The notes below the pieces were generated by a model. The model did no database searches. It saw only the letters and a program-made list of their open reading frames with translations, and was not told the DNA's origin. 64,000 nucleotides of DNA, from contig CAVNZM010000005.1 in NCBI GenBank assembly GCA_963693365.1, positions 62,001 to 126,000 on the forward strand, written 5' to 3'. Below are positions 13,861 to 27,715 of this stretch, in pieces. Source of the DNA: Amoebidium appalachense (lineage: Eukaryota > Protista > Ichthyosporea). Numbering within the stretch: the stretch's first letter is position 1; every line of letters begins with the position of its first letter. The position numbers were made by a program, and so were the translations under genes.

Positions 13861-14448
13861 AGTGCATGTGTGTGCGTGCGTGCGTGCGCGTGTGCGTGCC
13901 AGCCTGCGTGTGTGTCCGTGTGTGCGTGTGTGCGCCTTTGTGTGTGTGCGTGGATCATCATGTAGTGTGTGTGTGTGTGTGTTATTGGCTATGCATATAA
14001 CTGCACATGTACACTAGGCCTGGGGTCGGGGAAGGAGGGAAGAGTGGGGGAGGGGGGGGGAAGGGGGGGGACGGTCACGGCCACGGGACTCGAGACGAAG
14101 TGAGAGGAAAGGAGGGAGAAAGAAAGTGTGCGAGTGTGTGTGTGTGTGCGAGTTTGTGTGCCCGATGTGTCCCCCCCCCCCCCCCCCCCTCTTGCCCACC
14201 CCCATGCATACATAAACACACAACTTAAGAAAGAAAGAAAAAAAAGAAAATGAAAATAACTTGAAAAGGGGAGGGGGGGGGCATCATCTGAGCACCAGTA
14301 CCCGCAGGTGTATCTGGCTCCTATGCTGTCAGCCAAGGACTCCTGTTTGATGGCAACTTCCTACATGGCAAAACAGCACTTAGTGGTGGGGCACATGTGT
14401 TTGCAGCAAGGACCATCGAGGCACCCCCAAAACTGTAAGGGCGCAACC

Positions 14449-14789
14449 CCACGAGTAAAACAAATCTGCTCAGCAACGAATAATCTGTGTTTGACCTGAG
14501 AATAGTTTTGCTAGCTTGCAGAATCATTCCAGCCAATTTTAAAAATGCTTTTGCTGTCGAAATTCTGCTATTGATATCAGCAGAATACACAATTCTACTT
14601 GGAGCCAATTAAATCTGCTGCCCCCAGCACAAACCACGCTCAACACATGCGAGTGAAGTAGTGATTCTGTTTTCGACAAATTAAAAATGCTGGTCCTGCA
14701 GAACAAATGTTCTTTTGCAGAATAAGTATGTCTTATCGGCAGATCTGCAAAATAATTCAGCTCTTAGAAAATTCGTTCTACTTTTGTGA
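14449..14789. mobile_element. Possible old MITE with degenerate TIRs
   Basis: The left end CAC..AGTAAAACAAATCTGCTCAG..GAATAATCTG resembles the reverse complement of the right end (CAC..AGTAGAACGAATTTTCTAAG..GAATTATTTTG) at roughly two-thirds identity. Internal AATCTGC/GCAGA motifs recur. No TSD found. Confidence 0.3.
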
Positions 14790-15641
14790 TTAAGCCCTCC
14801 TTCACGTACGTGGCACATGCACTGCATGCACAGACGTACACATGCCTGTGTACGCAGCACACACACGCACACCTACACATACAACCAAACACGCACACCT
14901 ACGCACACAACCAAACACGCACACCTACACACACAGTCACAACCAAACACGCACACCTACACACACAGTCACGCAGATGCAGACACATGGCTGTCGGACA
15001 CACCCACATATACGTGCACACACGTAAATCAAAACCAGCCCCTCATCAGTCGCGCGCATACACAGGACCTTGGTCTGCATGTGGTTGCATCAGCACACAA
15101 TCACACACACACACTGAAAAACGCAATCCCCGACATCAGCACATAGATCTGTGGCCTCCCCCCCCGGGCTGCCATTTGCAGACCACGTACACCGGCCCAC
15201 CTTGCACACACACACACACAACCCCACCTTTCCCTTTGCACAGGTGCGCAAATCCGCAAGCACACATGCAGCACGGAAAGGCCACGTCAAAATGCACACA
15301 GTCCCGTTTAGCCGGGCTCCCATTTCACACCCAACGTGTGGCCTTTCTAATGACATCCTCCCCCCCACAAAAGAAACGTGCCCAGGCAGGAATAAATCAC
15401 TTCTCCCCATCGTCCTCTGCCAATAACCCTCAGTGTATCTGTGTCAGCAACCATGAGTGTGGATGGACTCATGTGCTGCACGGTGCATGCAGTGCTACTG
15501 TGTGCCGTGTTGGGTGCCCTCGTGGTGCACGTGTGTGTGCCTGTGTGGTGGTGGGGTCATACTAGCCCTACTAGGCGGTGATGGTGGTGGTGAGTGTTCC
15601 AGCCATGTACACACACCGTTACGGCAACCACGCTGCTTTAT

Positions 15642-18063
15642 TTAGAACTTGCGGAAGCGCTTGCTGCCCTTCTGCAGCTTCTTCTGCACGCGCAGCACGT
15701 TGAAGCGCACGGTCTTGCTGATGGGGCGGCACTGGCCCACCGTCACAATGTCGCCCACGCTGCAGTCCAGGAAGCAGGGGGACAGGTGGGCCGGCATGTT
15801 GGTGTGGCGCTTCTCGAAGCGGTTGTACTTCTTGATGTAGTGCAGGTAGTCCCGGCGCAGCACGATCGTGCGCTGTGCAGAAATGGGTCAGCGAGCGTGG
15901 TGACACACATGGCGGGCACGGCACATGCACGCAGGGGAGAAAATGCTTTGCAGCATGCACACAGTGGGGAACAGGTCATAATGGGCGCCCAACCCATTGC
16001 GTGGCAACACGGAAAGATGCACGCCACACAGCACATTGCCACACGAGTGCGGGCCACAAACAGGTTACTGGCAAAACCTCGTGTGTGCGTGTGTGGGAGG
16101 GGGGGGAGGGGAGGGATAGTTGTGTTATGTGTGTGTGTGTGCTCGCGCTGCATGCGGGGTGGTGGTTATGGTAGTACCTGCATGTGCATGTGCCTGTGTG
16201 TGTACGTGATGTGTGCACGAGCATGCATGTGTTTTCCTTTTCTTTTTTTTTTGTGTGTGTGTGTGGGGGGGGGGGGGGGGGGGGGAGGGGGCTCAAAAAA
16301 GCGCACAACAAAGAATAGGTATATGGGGGTGCAACAGCAAATTCACCACAGAAAATGACACCATGCGGTGACTAGGCAGAAAGCCAAATAGCCAAAACAT
16401 GATACGCAAAGCCAAGACCGTGCACAGGAAATCAGCGCCCAGGTGGAACCAATAGCAATGAAGAGCATACACACAGCCAATGCACCTGGTCCTGCCACAC
16501 TCATGCACCCAGCAGTGCATGCAGGCACATGCAACGAACAGCCCATTGAGACAGACAGACAAGAGACACATGGCACATGGCGTGAAAGCAACAAACAGCA
16601 TGCACAGTCGGCAGCACACCACCACGCATACACGTACTGCACATGCTGAAAGGGGTATCTGCAAGCACACAAACGGGTATTTTGAACACCAGAACTGAGA
16701 GCAGCACAGAACCACACACATACAAATGGTACAAGGCTTCAGAGAGGCACCGGGATATAAGGTGGAACTGAAACAACAACTCCAGAGAGCAGAGAACGAA
16801 ACAGAGGGCCAATGGTTGAGAATGATGAAGAGTTGCAGCCCAGAAAGCATAAAAAACCTAACCCACTTTCGTCACACCTGCTATGTCCCCTCAAACACCT
16901 TCCTTACCCCTGCCACGCACATCAGCTTATCACAGATTCAGCACGAGGCCAGAACCATCGAAAATTCCCCTGAAAAGATAAACCCACGTACGTGCAGACA
17001 CCAGCAGCCAAGCACTTCACAGAGCACCGTACACACAAGGCAAGGAGCAAGCCACCACTCCACATACAGGGCAAGCAATTGACAGTATAAACAAACACCT
17101 CGAAACAAACAACAGAGACGTGTGCTAGGATAGCGCGTGAGCCCACGACCTATGCACACAGCAGAAGAATCCCAGCAAATATGCGTGGTCCGGTATTCAC
17201 GTGTGCATTCTTGTATATATCAGTGTGTCCGCTCTCCGTTTGTAGGTATGATCCTGAACCTTGTTTGCTTCCCGCCATATCCATATGCCCTTTGCCTGGG
17301 TCCCTGCCTCCAACGTGCACCGTCCGGCTGCACCCAGCTATGCCTCTCCCACCCCTAGCACCTAGCTCTCCACCCCGGGCTAAACATCCACAATACTCTG
17401 CTCCTCCAACCGTGCGCTGTATACAAGTGCTACTGTGGCCAGGTTGCTTGCCACTGCCGGTTACGGTGCGTCTAGCGTGCCCCTACTGAATTCTCTGTCT
17501 GTGGCACTAGAACATATCGTATCCAGCAGCTGTGTGCCTGTACTCTACCGTTTGTCATGGTTTGTGTGCTTGTGATGGAACATTGGTCACGACGACAACG
17601 ATGTAACCCCCGCTATGATCAAAGCCCTATTTCGTTTCCCACTGTGTGCTGTCTGTTGCACACAGGCACTACGGTGTTTGCTCCAAACTCCGTGCCGTCA
17701 CTTCTCTGTCCTCCGTGCACACTCGGCCTGCCCCTGCCTCCCTCGCCAGTAGTCCCTCCCCAGCCTGTCTCTGCCTGCCCCGCCACCTGTAGGAGACCTG
17801 CACACACACAGGGCACGCACCTGCATCTTCTTGGAGACGACCACGCCGGTCAGGATGCGGCCACGGATGGACACATCGCCGGTGAAGGGGCACTTCTTGT
17901 CAACATAGCTGCCCTCGATGGCCTCGCGGGGGGTCTTGAACCCAAGACCCACGCTGCGCACAAAGCGAAGGTCCTTGCGCGTGACCTTCTTGCCCGGCAC
18001 GGCCTTCTTCGCAAGGAAGATGGTGGGCTGCTTCTGGAAGGCCTTTTCGACTTGCTCAGCCAT
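15642..18063 (-). CDS. RPS11: 40S ribosomal protein S11 (uS17), 157 aa, 2 exons
   Basis: Exon 18063-17821 ([13 protein letters not shown]...[33 protein letters not shown]...KMQ) and exon 15872-15642 ([23 protein letters not shown]...[15 protein letters not shown]...FRKF*). GT-AG intron, phase 0. Confidence 0.97.
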
Positions 18064-20457
18064 GGTTGCGTTTGCGCTCTCAAGGCTACCAGAGAGGGAA
18101 AGGACACAAGGGGGTCACACAGCCGCCCCTTCACCCCGCTCTCTGTTAGCGCCCTTAGTTATTTTGATCTGGATTGAACTGCCGGACTGGCAGGTATTAC
18201 TTAGCACGCCCTGTATGATTGGCTCCATCTAAGATGCAAGATCTAATTAATTGATGTGATTTGCTGAATCTTTGCTCGTCAGGATTCCAGGGATGCAGCC
18301 AAATTACACCGTGTAACGTTCGGGTGACACGTGACAAGTCGCTTCAGTGAGTTCAGTGCAGGAGCTTTGTGTTTCTCACCTGTGAAAAGATCGCCAAACT
18401 GAAACACGTTGCATTTGTCTATGGATTAGTCTAGTGCTAAGACCAGAATAAATAGTTGGAGAGATGCTGTCCGTATCAACGACGTGACATGTTTCCCTCC
18501 CTTTGCACCATCTGCTGCGGCCCTGGGGGTGCGGGGATGGGCGACGTTACAGTTTTTTTTGCTCGGACGTTTTTCTTGGGAGTATGACAAAACTTCTTCA
18601 GGTCTTTCACTTTTTTCTTCAACACATTGTGCTATATTCGTTGTACTAAGTGTTTAGAAACACTTGGGTTTCGGTTGGCGGAGTTGTTTTGTGCGTTTGG
18701 TTGCTGTAGTTTTGAGGAGTTATTTGCTTGATGAACGGTCGTGGTCGAACATTCCTGTAGACATTCCTGTACAATTCTAATTCTGTCCACGTATACTTGC
18801 ATGCAACGCTTGGCTGACAACCTTCTAAGTAGCTGCATCCTTTCCTTTTTTTTCCTTTGCGAAGGTGGTGACTACCTGTGGATGCACGGGCAACTATTGT
18901 TGCACATGCTTATTGTCCACGCCATAACTTTTTGTGTGTTTTTTGCTTTGCTGTGCGTGTGCAAAATGCTCTCTACCGAATACTTCTGCGCTATGTGCTT
19001 CTCTTCTGTCATCGGTTTTCTCGCTCATATCCTCGTTCCAACTCAGGTTGCACTTTGAAAGCTGCCCCCCCAACCCCTCACCCTCACCCTACTGCCCGTA
19101 TAGCAAGAGAAGTCACGGTGTACCGTTGAACGGAAAATGTGTCCCTCCGCTCCCCCCCCCCCTCCCCCACCAACAGAATCCAATAAAATAGAAGGAAGGG
19201 AAGGGAAGAATGGTTAATTTTTTCTGAAGCTCGGTGACCGCTTCTGACGGTTTACATTTGTTAAAAAATTTGGCTCTAGCATAATTTTGCATATCCGTTT
19301 GACACAATCTTGTTGTGTGTGGCTACCATGTCCAGTTTATTTGGAGTCGTAGGTTTTGATACTTGTTTTTTTGCTTTGTTTTTCTAGCTTACCTGCAGGC
19401 TTTTCTTCCCCCAACTATCTCTTTCAAATCACTTCGGCCCAGACTTTTCGGTTGCCGAGCTTCAAAAACTGCTAGCTCATTTCCTTCCGGCTTTAAGCAT
19501 GTCGACCTTTTTTTTCTAGCTATAGCATCACATACAAACAGAAGCACACGTGCACCTACTTACGCGGGGCTGTGTGCATTGTATTATACACCCACTGAAC
19601 TTCCTCTCTGCCGGGATAACCGGACGGCACTAGTGCGCTCTGGTCTGGTTTTTAAGAGTCTTTTTCACAAGAACTCCAGATGGAGGTTCGGTGGCCCAGA
19701 AATGCTGTCTGAATGTATTATTCCATGCTTTGGATCTTGTCCGACTGTAGTGCTGCGAATGTAAAGTGATGGTCTACGTGTGAAATAAAGGCCTCAAGAA
19801 ACATTGTCTTACTGGTAGAGAAGCATGACGAGCTGATGGGGAATCGCGGTCGGTGTGGCCGGAAAGCTGCAGCTGTGAGTATATCATAGAGATCTATACA
19901 TAAGTATACGTCTTTACACCTACATTTAAACCTACTAGTAGGGATAACACTGAGGAGCATTGAACGCTCGAACCAGTTCCCAATTGCAATATCATATATG
20001 ATAACAAGCCTTTAAATACATTTGCTGTAAACGTGTACATGTACGGAGCGAAGTCACGAGGTCGAGCTTTTATACGTGTACAAACACACGCAGCTTGCAG
20101 TCGACGTCCGTATGCGTGCGCATGCATGGGCAAGTGGCGTACGTATACGCGTGCGCGTGCCTGATCATGTTGTCGACGAAAAGCTGCCCGACATATTTGG
20201 AGGGTTCCCGGAGATCTGTCTGATGTCGATGCTAGCCGAATTTTTGGTGGCAAGGATATCACCTAAGAAGACGAACGTTGCAAACTATGAAGTATTGGCA
20301 ACCGGCTGGTTGGCATCATTGTGGGTGTTCACTCTCTGTAAGCTCCAGTAAGATACCGTAGGCTAACCAGCGCTGCACGTTTACAGCTGTAGCGAAAGTG
20401 CATGATCATGATGCTGATACCGGTCGCACCAAAATTCAAATTTAGTTCACAAGAAGC

Positions 20458-20595
20458 AACCAATAGTGTGCCAGTAAACTAAATACAGCCAATGAGAGCG
20501 TAGATCGCTCAGCCAATCAGGCCGCATGCGGATCTTCTGTGTGCCGGCAGCAAGCCTCAAACAGGAAACCACGGGCGGCTGTTTGTTCTCTTTCC
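20458..20595 (+). promoter_or_regulatory. RPS17 promoter: three CCAAT boxes and a pyrimidine (TCT/TOP-like) initiator tract
   Basis: CCAAT at ~20460, 20489 and 20513; TTCTCTTTCC at 20586-20595, 43 nt before the ATG. Confidence 0.55.
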
Positions 20596-20637
20596 GTCAA
20601 CGTCCTCCGTTGTACTCCTCGGGAGCTAATAGCAAAC

Positions 20638-23315
20638 ATGGTTAGTTTTCTCTCATCCACTTGATATCCAAAAATACGTTTTATAGGGCATTATATGCCA
20701 CCGATTTTACAGGTGTTTTGATGCCAGTCGAGCTTGGCGGCAGCGCTTGGATGTACTCTAGGATGTACGCTGAGCAATGGATGGGTAACGGGGACCATGG
20801 AACATCCGGCTAGAATCCAGGCATTTTTACTGTATCCATTGGCAATCCATACCTTTTCTTCGCCATCCAGGACGCTCTTAGGTCAAAATTGGTCAATGGC
20901 ACAGAGGTAGCAGTCGCAGAGATGACAACGTATACCAAAGCGAGCCCCTACTTCCCAGAGAAGTGAGCCACCGTTCGAATGAGACGTATGCCGTGCATCG
21001 AAGAAATTGCAGATTCCTGTGCAGGATGAACTTCGCGGCTACGGCAATACTACACCATCACACAGAGCTAGACATGCCTTATACCCGAACTGTAGCTTTA
21101 CTCTGGCAAATGTCCATCCACAAAGCCTTTTTTTTTAATGTACCAAGCATCGGTGACTGAGGAAAGACGGCAGTATAGACGCATGTTTAGGCGTTGAGGG
21201 AATTATTTCTCCGGTTGTGGTAGGCAGCTGGGTCTGGCAGCATACCAGGAAGAGCATCCCACCGACTGAGAGTCTTCGTAATGTCGTCTAGGATCTGTCG
21301 GTTGAGACACTTTTGTTGTGCAGGGCTTAGCGACTCTGCATGTACATGCAGATTGTGTGAGCAGGCAGATAAGCAACACAACTTTTTTATAAAGTTATCA
21401 GTCAAGGTTCTTCCACGAATCAACGATCACTTCACTATCCTGGCTTGTGTAGTTCTGGAATAGGTGCACATGTTTACGTGTACTCCACGCAGGGGCGCGT
21501 CCGCACTAAGACCGTGAAGAAGGCCGCACGGAATGTGATCGAGAAGTATTACACCCGTCTGACCCTCGACTTCCACACGAACAAGCGGATCGCTGAGGTA
21601 CGTACCTTTTGGGGGGGGGGGGGCACGGGTTGGCTGCACAGGGAATTTGGGGTCCACAAGGCGTTGCATATGGGTTTACTGTTGTACGTGCTACTACTTT
21701 GTGGTTAAGAAAATACTTGGATCTTGCTTGCTATGGTAATGGGTAGCTTATGGTAGTTGTAGGGTGGTCTGAATGTATAATGCTGCGCTTTTGCTTAGGG
21801 AAAGTTGCACTTGTGCTTTTTGGGACGGAAGGTGGGACTGAAACGGGATTTTTTTGTGAGCATTTTTTGGACGAGCAGGAGGATGAACTGGTGCGGGGTG
21901 TGGGTGTGCTGTGTCAGGGGCATGCGGACTTTGGTGATATGTATGCGCAAGGAGTCCAACAGTGCACACACACACATACCTGCACCTTGCCCTGTCGCTT
22001 ACACAAAACACCTGCTATGACACGGGCCCCTCCCACTCAACCTTTCTGTGTTCTTTTTCTTTTTTTTGCCCCGATACATGTACCTTTAGTATGTGCCTTG
22101 CATATGTACATGTAAGGTATTCTTTCATGTTGCATATTACCCTCTGCTTCTTTGCACACCTTTCTGTCCTTTTAACATGTGGATGCCCTGTTGCACATGG
22201 CGAAAGGACAAGTACTGTAATGCTTGAATTATCCAACACACACGTACATCGTTCACGGCTTCTTCAGACACCGCCCAAACAACCAACACGAACCCTTCTA
22301 CACGTGTTTGTCTGCACACACACACACACAATCATGCGCGCAATACAACACCTGTTTACAGACACCCTGCTAAACACCCAACACGAGCAGACCTGACACG
22401 TGTGCTCGCGCTCACACGTGCACACGCACACATCTAGCACCATTTGTGTACAGACATGCGCTCAGCAACCATCATGAACCCATTTTCATACGTTGTGTGT
22501 TTTGGGTTTTTTCCTGTGAAATGTGACAACCCCACACTACCGCCCTCCACCCATGGTACATTCTGTGTGTACTTTGCAAAGCCAGCCTATCTCCGTTTTG
22601 TTTTCATCGTGAGTGTAATCGTACTCTGTGACCAATAACCCCCTCCCTCCCTCCTTCCTCCTCCCCTCTCATGTCGTATTTTCTCCGTGGTGTTGTTTGC
22701 CATGTGTGTGTACTTCGTACTTGGTGATATTCCCAAAATTGTGCTTCCCCTACCTCTCCGAACCTCGTCCACAAGCCCCCTCACACTCGTGCCCAGCGAT
22801 TCTGAATATATGGGCGTGACTATGCGTGACATTGGACAGACACATAACAATCTCATTCTCATAGCCATGCGCCTATGTGCACACTTGCACTCAAATGTGC
22901 TGTGATCATATAGCTCGTGCATGGCCCACGGTTATGTGTTGGGCGATCAGTGCATTGCAAACACCACCCAGCACACACAGGGACTCCATAGCCGCAGTAG
23001 CACCCTCCTCACACATGTACGGGCATGCAGGAGGTTGCGGTGATCCCCAGCAAGCGCCTGCGCAACAAGATTGCCGGGTTCATCACGCACTTGATGAAGC
23101 GCATCCAGAAGGGGCCCGTGCGCGGCATCTCGATCAAGCTGCAGGAGGAGGAGCGCGAGCGCCGCGACCAGTACGTGCCCGAGGTGTCTGCGCTGGAGCC
23201 CACGGAGGGCACGATCGAGGTGGACGAGCAGACCAAGGCCATGCTCCAGGACATGGGCTTCGGCACCATGCCCAGCCTCAACGTCGTGCCCCTGACCACC
23301 ACCGGCAGCCGGTAA
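20638..23315 (+). CDS. RPS17: 40S ribosomal protein S17 (eS17), ~130 aa, 3 coding exons
   Basis: ATG-only exon 20638-20640 followed by GTTAGT; exon 21493-21597 ([35 protein letters not shown]); exon 23031-23315 ([46 protein letters not shown]...). Confidence 0.96.
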
Positions 23316-23630
23316 ACGCAGTAAACCGTTGCCCAACAAACCATTGGCCCCACTGTCGGTCCATGATTTTGCAGTTTCCTTCTATATGCCAATCCCCTCA
23401 CCACCACCACCACCACACACGTCGAACTCAAACAATATCACAGGCAAACCTTCTCACCATCGTCACACACCATACAGACAGCCAGCACCATCAGTACAAC
23501 ACCACATTCTGGATCCCTTCACCTCCATCACACACCACACACAGCATTATAGATGAGCCAAGGACCAAAATCCCTTCCTTCCCTCCCCCTCCCCTCCCCT
23601 CCCCTCCCCTCGCCCCCCCCCCCCCCCCCC

Positions 23631-23857
23631 AAGTTCAGTTGATGCTGCTGTCTGAGTTGGAGCGTCGTATATACGCGGGCTAAGGGGTCGAAACTCAGAC
23701 GCAATTGATGACTTGGGCCCTCCCTGAGGATGGGCTCTGCTTATGACGCATACTGTGCGCATGGCTGATGCTGCATACTTGAATGTTTGCCTTTGCATGT
23801 GTCCTGCACCATGCTTCTCATCGTGTATGCGTACTTCGTACTGTGTTCCGCATTCAA

Positions 23858-23859
<2 letters not shown>
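23631..23859 (+). mobile_element. Poly(C)-associated retroposon, subfamily B, 5'-truncated
   Basis: Matches the 3' half of the 41290-41733 copy, is flanked by C tracts on both sides and ends CCGCATTCAAAA. Confidence 0.85.
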
Positions 23860-23889
<30 letters not shown>

Positions 23890-24440
23890 AAAAAAAGAAA
23901 GAAAGAAAGAAAGAAAAAAAAAAGGCGTGACATACAACGTACTGTACATATGTGTGGTGTGTACTGTGCACTGTCTTCCGCACCACACTTTTCCTTCTTG
24001 GAGAATATGGTCTGCTGGCATAGTTCGTGCCAAGTTGGCTTCTAAATTTTCCTCTGTCTCCTGCCCTAAAATGGAAGACTGGAGAGATGATGGTCAGGGG
24101 GCTTACGTTGTCCACCAATCCCCCTGCTTTCATTACGTCGACGCTCAGCTGTTTGTGCTAGGCCAGTGTCGGACATCCATCCCCTTCCCCATAGGAAGGG
24201 GGGAAAAACCAAACAATAATACACACACACAACATATTCTGGTGATAATGAACACCACACATGCGCACGGTTCCACTTCAGAGAAACTTCAACTCAAGTG
24301 CCTGCCTATTTCCTTTGAATTTCAACCAGAATCCACTACTTGCTCAAAGACAACCTGATGCCGATGCGCACCCCCTTTCAAACACCCCCCTTCTTTCCTG
24401 CCCAGTGTGGTGTGACCGTCGGCGGGCTGGGGGCAATTTC

Positions 24441-25896
24441 GGTGCTACCCTCAATTCCCAAGCTCCTAGGGTGTGACGTAATATTTGGCACGAGCCTGCA
24501 AAACGGTGAAAATGGGGCAGGATGTCGCCCAGGCACCGACAGGAGCTTGGGGATACCCCTGGATGTGCTCCGCTAGCGGGCTGGTGCCAAATAAATTCGT
24601 GCCACATTTTACGTCACCAGGTTCGTGCCAAATTATTTGGTGCCAAATTTATTTGGGGCATAAATGGGTCGGTTCGAACTATTATGGGTCGAATCAGCTC
24701 GAATCGTTCCTGACCCGTTTTCTGACCCGTTTTTGTGGCTCATCGTTGGTGGCGTCTGATTCGAGGAATAAACTCGAAAGGCGGGCTAAGCAAGACCACG
24801 TCAACCACGTGCAGGTGGTGGCGTACTTGAACGGGCAGTCACAGCCTGGACTGGCAGTTGACAGGTGTGACACAGCGCTAGCATCCTTATCATATTGCAG
24901 TAGGCTCATATAAAAATAATAAAAACAGACAACACCCTTTAATGCTCGATCATAACTGACAGTACATATTTTGTGTGAGCATGGGTTACAAACATGCTCG
25001 CGTCCGCATTGGACGTGGGCAAGGCCATTGGGCTTTGCTGAGGATTCTCGTTCATGTTATCCTCGCCTTTTGTCTTTTGGCTGCAGCGGGTTCAACAAAC
25101 AACCCAGATGGGGTGAACAAAAAAGTCATTAAGGAAAACAAATCTTGGTCTAAAGATCATGCCAAGCTGGAACAGCCATTCGTTGCACGGTACATTGATT
25201 ATTGCATAGCGGATCATGAGGACTCTGTCGAAGCTGGCACGTGCCCTCCCCAGCCCTTCCTCAGGGATTGGGTGTGGCATCAAACCCGTCATGGCGGCCG
25301 GATAGATGCATCTACAGCGGAGGGAGTCCATCAGGTGATTCCCCCCCTTCCCCCCCCCCCCCCCCCCTCCCCCCCCCTCTCTCCCCACCACCCCCTGCCT
25401 CTTTTCCACTTTTTCTCTCCCCTCCCCTGTCTCTCTGTTCTGGGCCTTACAGGTGGTTCCTCCGTTTTAGAAGTTGTTTTTTATGTAATACGTTAGGTGT
25501 GTCCTTTTGCATCTTGTGGATACCAATGCCTTCACCGCTCAGGCCTTCCCTTGCACTTAATCTTATGGACCTTTGTGCCTCTCCCATGATCTGTTTGGCA
25601 TGGCATGCTGCCTTTTCTGCTTTGGCTTGCCTCTTATATGTTGCTATCACCCGATAGGGTATGTGTGGCAACGTGTTCCATATGTTTTGTGTGACCATTC
25701 TGTGCAGTGTACCCACTTAAAGCCCACTCCTCCGCTTTTCCCCCTTCCCTCCCTTCCCCTTTAAGCATACAATTAGTCAAGAGGCAGTACAGGATAGTGG
25801 GTAGAGAGTTTCTGTGTGTCACGGTGTATGCCTGTGGGTGTGTGCTTGTCTGTGTGTGTATGTGCCTGTGTGTGTGTAGTGAGTGTGTGTGTGTGT

Positions 25897-25948
<52 letters not shown>

Positions 25949-26915
25949 TTGTGTGTGTAATGTGGGTGGGTGGGTGGGTGGGTACAGAGAAGGGGGAGGG
26001 AGGGGGGGGGGGGGGGGGGGGGGGCGTGTATGTGTGTGCCTGTGTGTGTATGTTAAAGACAGGGGAGGGGGGAAGGGGGAGAGGTCAGGGTAGGGAGAAA
26101 GGGAGGGAAGGATGGGTGGGTGGGAGGGTTGGAGGGAAGGAGGGAGGGGGAGAAAGGGTAGAGGGAGGGATGGCGGAAAAGACAGAAAGAGAGGGGCAAA
26201 GAGAGGAGGGCAGTCGGTAAAGAGGAAGGGCGGGAGGGTGGGACGGAGAGGGAGAAGGGGGAAGTGGAGAATTAGGGCAGGGGGGGGGGGGCCGAGAGCA
26301 AGAGGGGGGGTGGGGAGGGTGTGGGCGGTGTGTGTGTGTGTATGTGTGTGTGTATGTATGTTGTGTGTGTGTGTGGGGGGGGGGGGGGGGGGGGGTTGGA
26401 TGGAGGATTCGGTTGGGAGTGGGTTCTTTATAGACCTGGCAACCATTGACCAGCTATTCTCTCACCCTGTCTTTGTGTTCACTCTGCAGCTTATGGCAAT
26501 AATGGCAACCGTTCCTTGCCTGAGTGTGGTATGGAGGTTGGGTCTTTCGACAGTGATGGCTCTGACGATGACGATGAGGGGTCAAGTGACGAGAGCCCCG
26601 GTTCATTCAACGTGTCAACATGTGTGCGCCTAGCAGGCCGCAAGCTTAACGCCCGGCGTGCGATGCGCAAGCTGATTGGGTCTGTGCACAGCTCCGAAGG
26701 GTTTGCTTTAGCAGCACAGGACCCGGATCATCTGCTCTTCACTCTAGTGTTCTTTGACGAGGCCGTGGCAGCAGACATACAGCTTGCCAGGTGCTTCCTG
26801 CCGAACCCCCCCCCCCCCCCCCCCCTTCCCCTCCAACGCCCCCCGCTCCTCCCTCTCGCCTCTCCCCCCCTTTCCCTGCAGGGCCTCCTCCCCTTTCCCC
26901 CATCCCCCTTTCCCC

Positions 26916-26949
<34 letters not shown>

Positions 26950-27675
26950 CCCCCTTTTCTGCATCCCCCTCCCCCTCTCCTCCTTCCCACAATTCTTCCT
27001 CCCAACTGCTCCACCTCCTTACTTCCTTGCACGTATCAATCCATCTCTCCTTCCAACCCAAGTGACACCAGTTTTTTGTCAGACAACCTGCCTCCCCAGG
27101 CCCACTTATTATGCCTGTCCTGTTCCCCTCCCCCCCCCCCTCCCCCTCAGGAGGGCCTCTGCCCATTCGTCCCTCCTTTTCAAGTCCTCCATTACCTCTT
27201 ACCTCCCCCTAATTCTCATTATTCTCTAATAGTATACCTATATCTTCCATCCTACCTTTTTGGAAGCTCCCTGCTTCTCTTCCACCTATTTGAAAGCATC
27301 TGCATCTACCCCCCCCCCCCCCCCCCCCCCCCCGTTCATAGCCCCTCCTTCATCAGTACTCCCTTACACCTGCCCGGCCCCCTTCAGAGTGCCTAACCCC
27401 CTCCCCCCCCACACACACACCCCTCCCCTTTCACACACCTGCACACACGAACGCACCCATGCATGCACGCATGCACCCTCCCTCGCAGCCACGAGCGCAC
27501 ACACTCTTATTCACTTATAGAATTGTTAATAATCTAATGCCCCCCCCCCCCCCCCCCAACCCCCCCCCCCAACCCCAACCCACCCACACACGCACACACA
27601 CACACACGCCAAGGTTTCCCTTGTTCTGCTCCTCGGCCTTTCCGCCTTCCCCATAATCTGTCTTTCTCTCTCCTC

Positions 27676-27715
<40 letters not shown>

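Noticed and set aside
19300-20400. ORFs between RPS11 and RPS17
   Set aside because: No motifs, no consistent splice structure and no matching codon bias.
20641-23030. Intronic snoRNAs in RP genes (also checked RPS11 and RPL24 introns)
   Set aside because: No convincing C/D box pair with terminal stem or H/ACA structure found by eye; needs snoscan/Infernal.
24485-24913. 142-aa ORF at the element's left end (also 31071-31499)
   Set aside because: It runs through subterminal repeats, starts at a non-ATG codon and has no recognisable motif.
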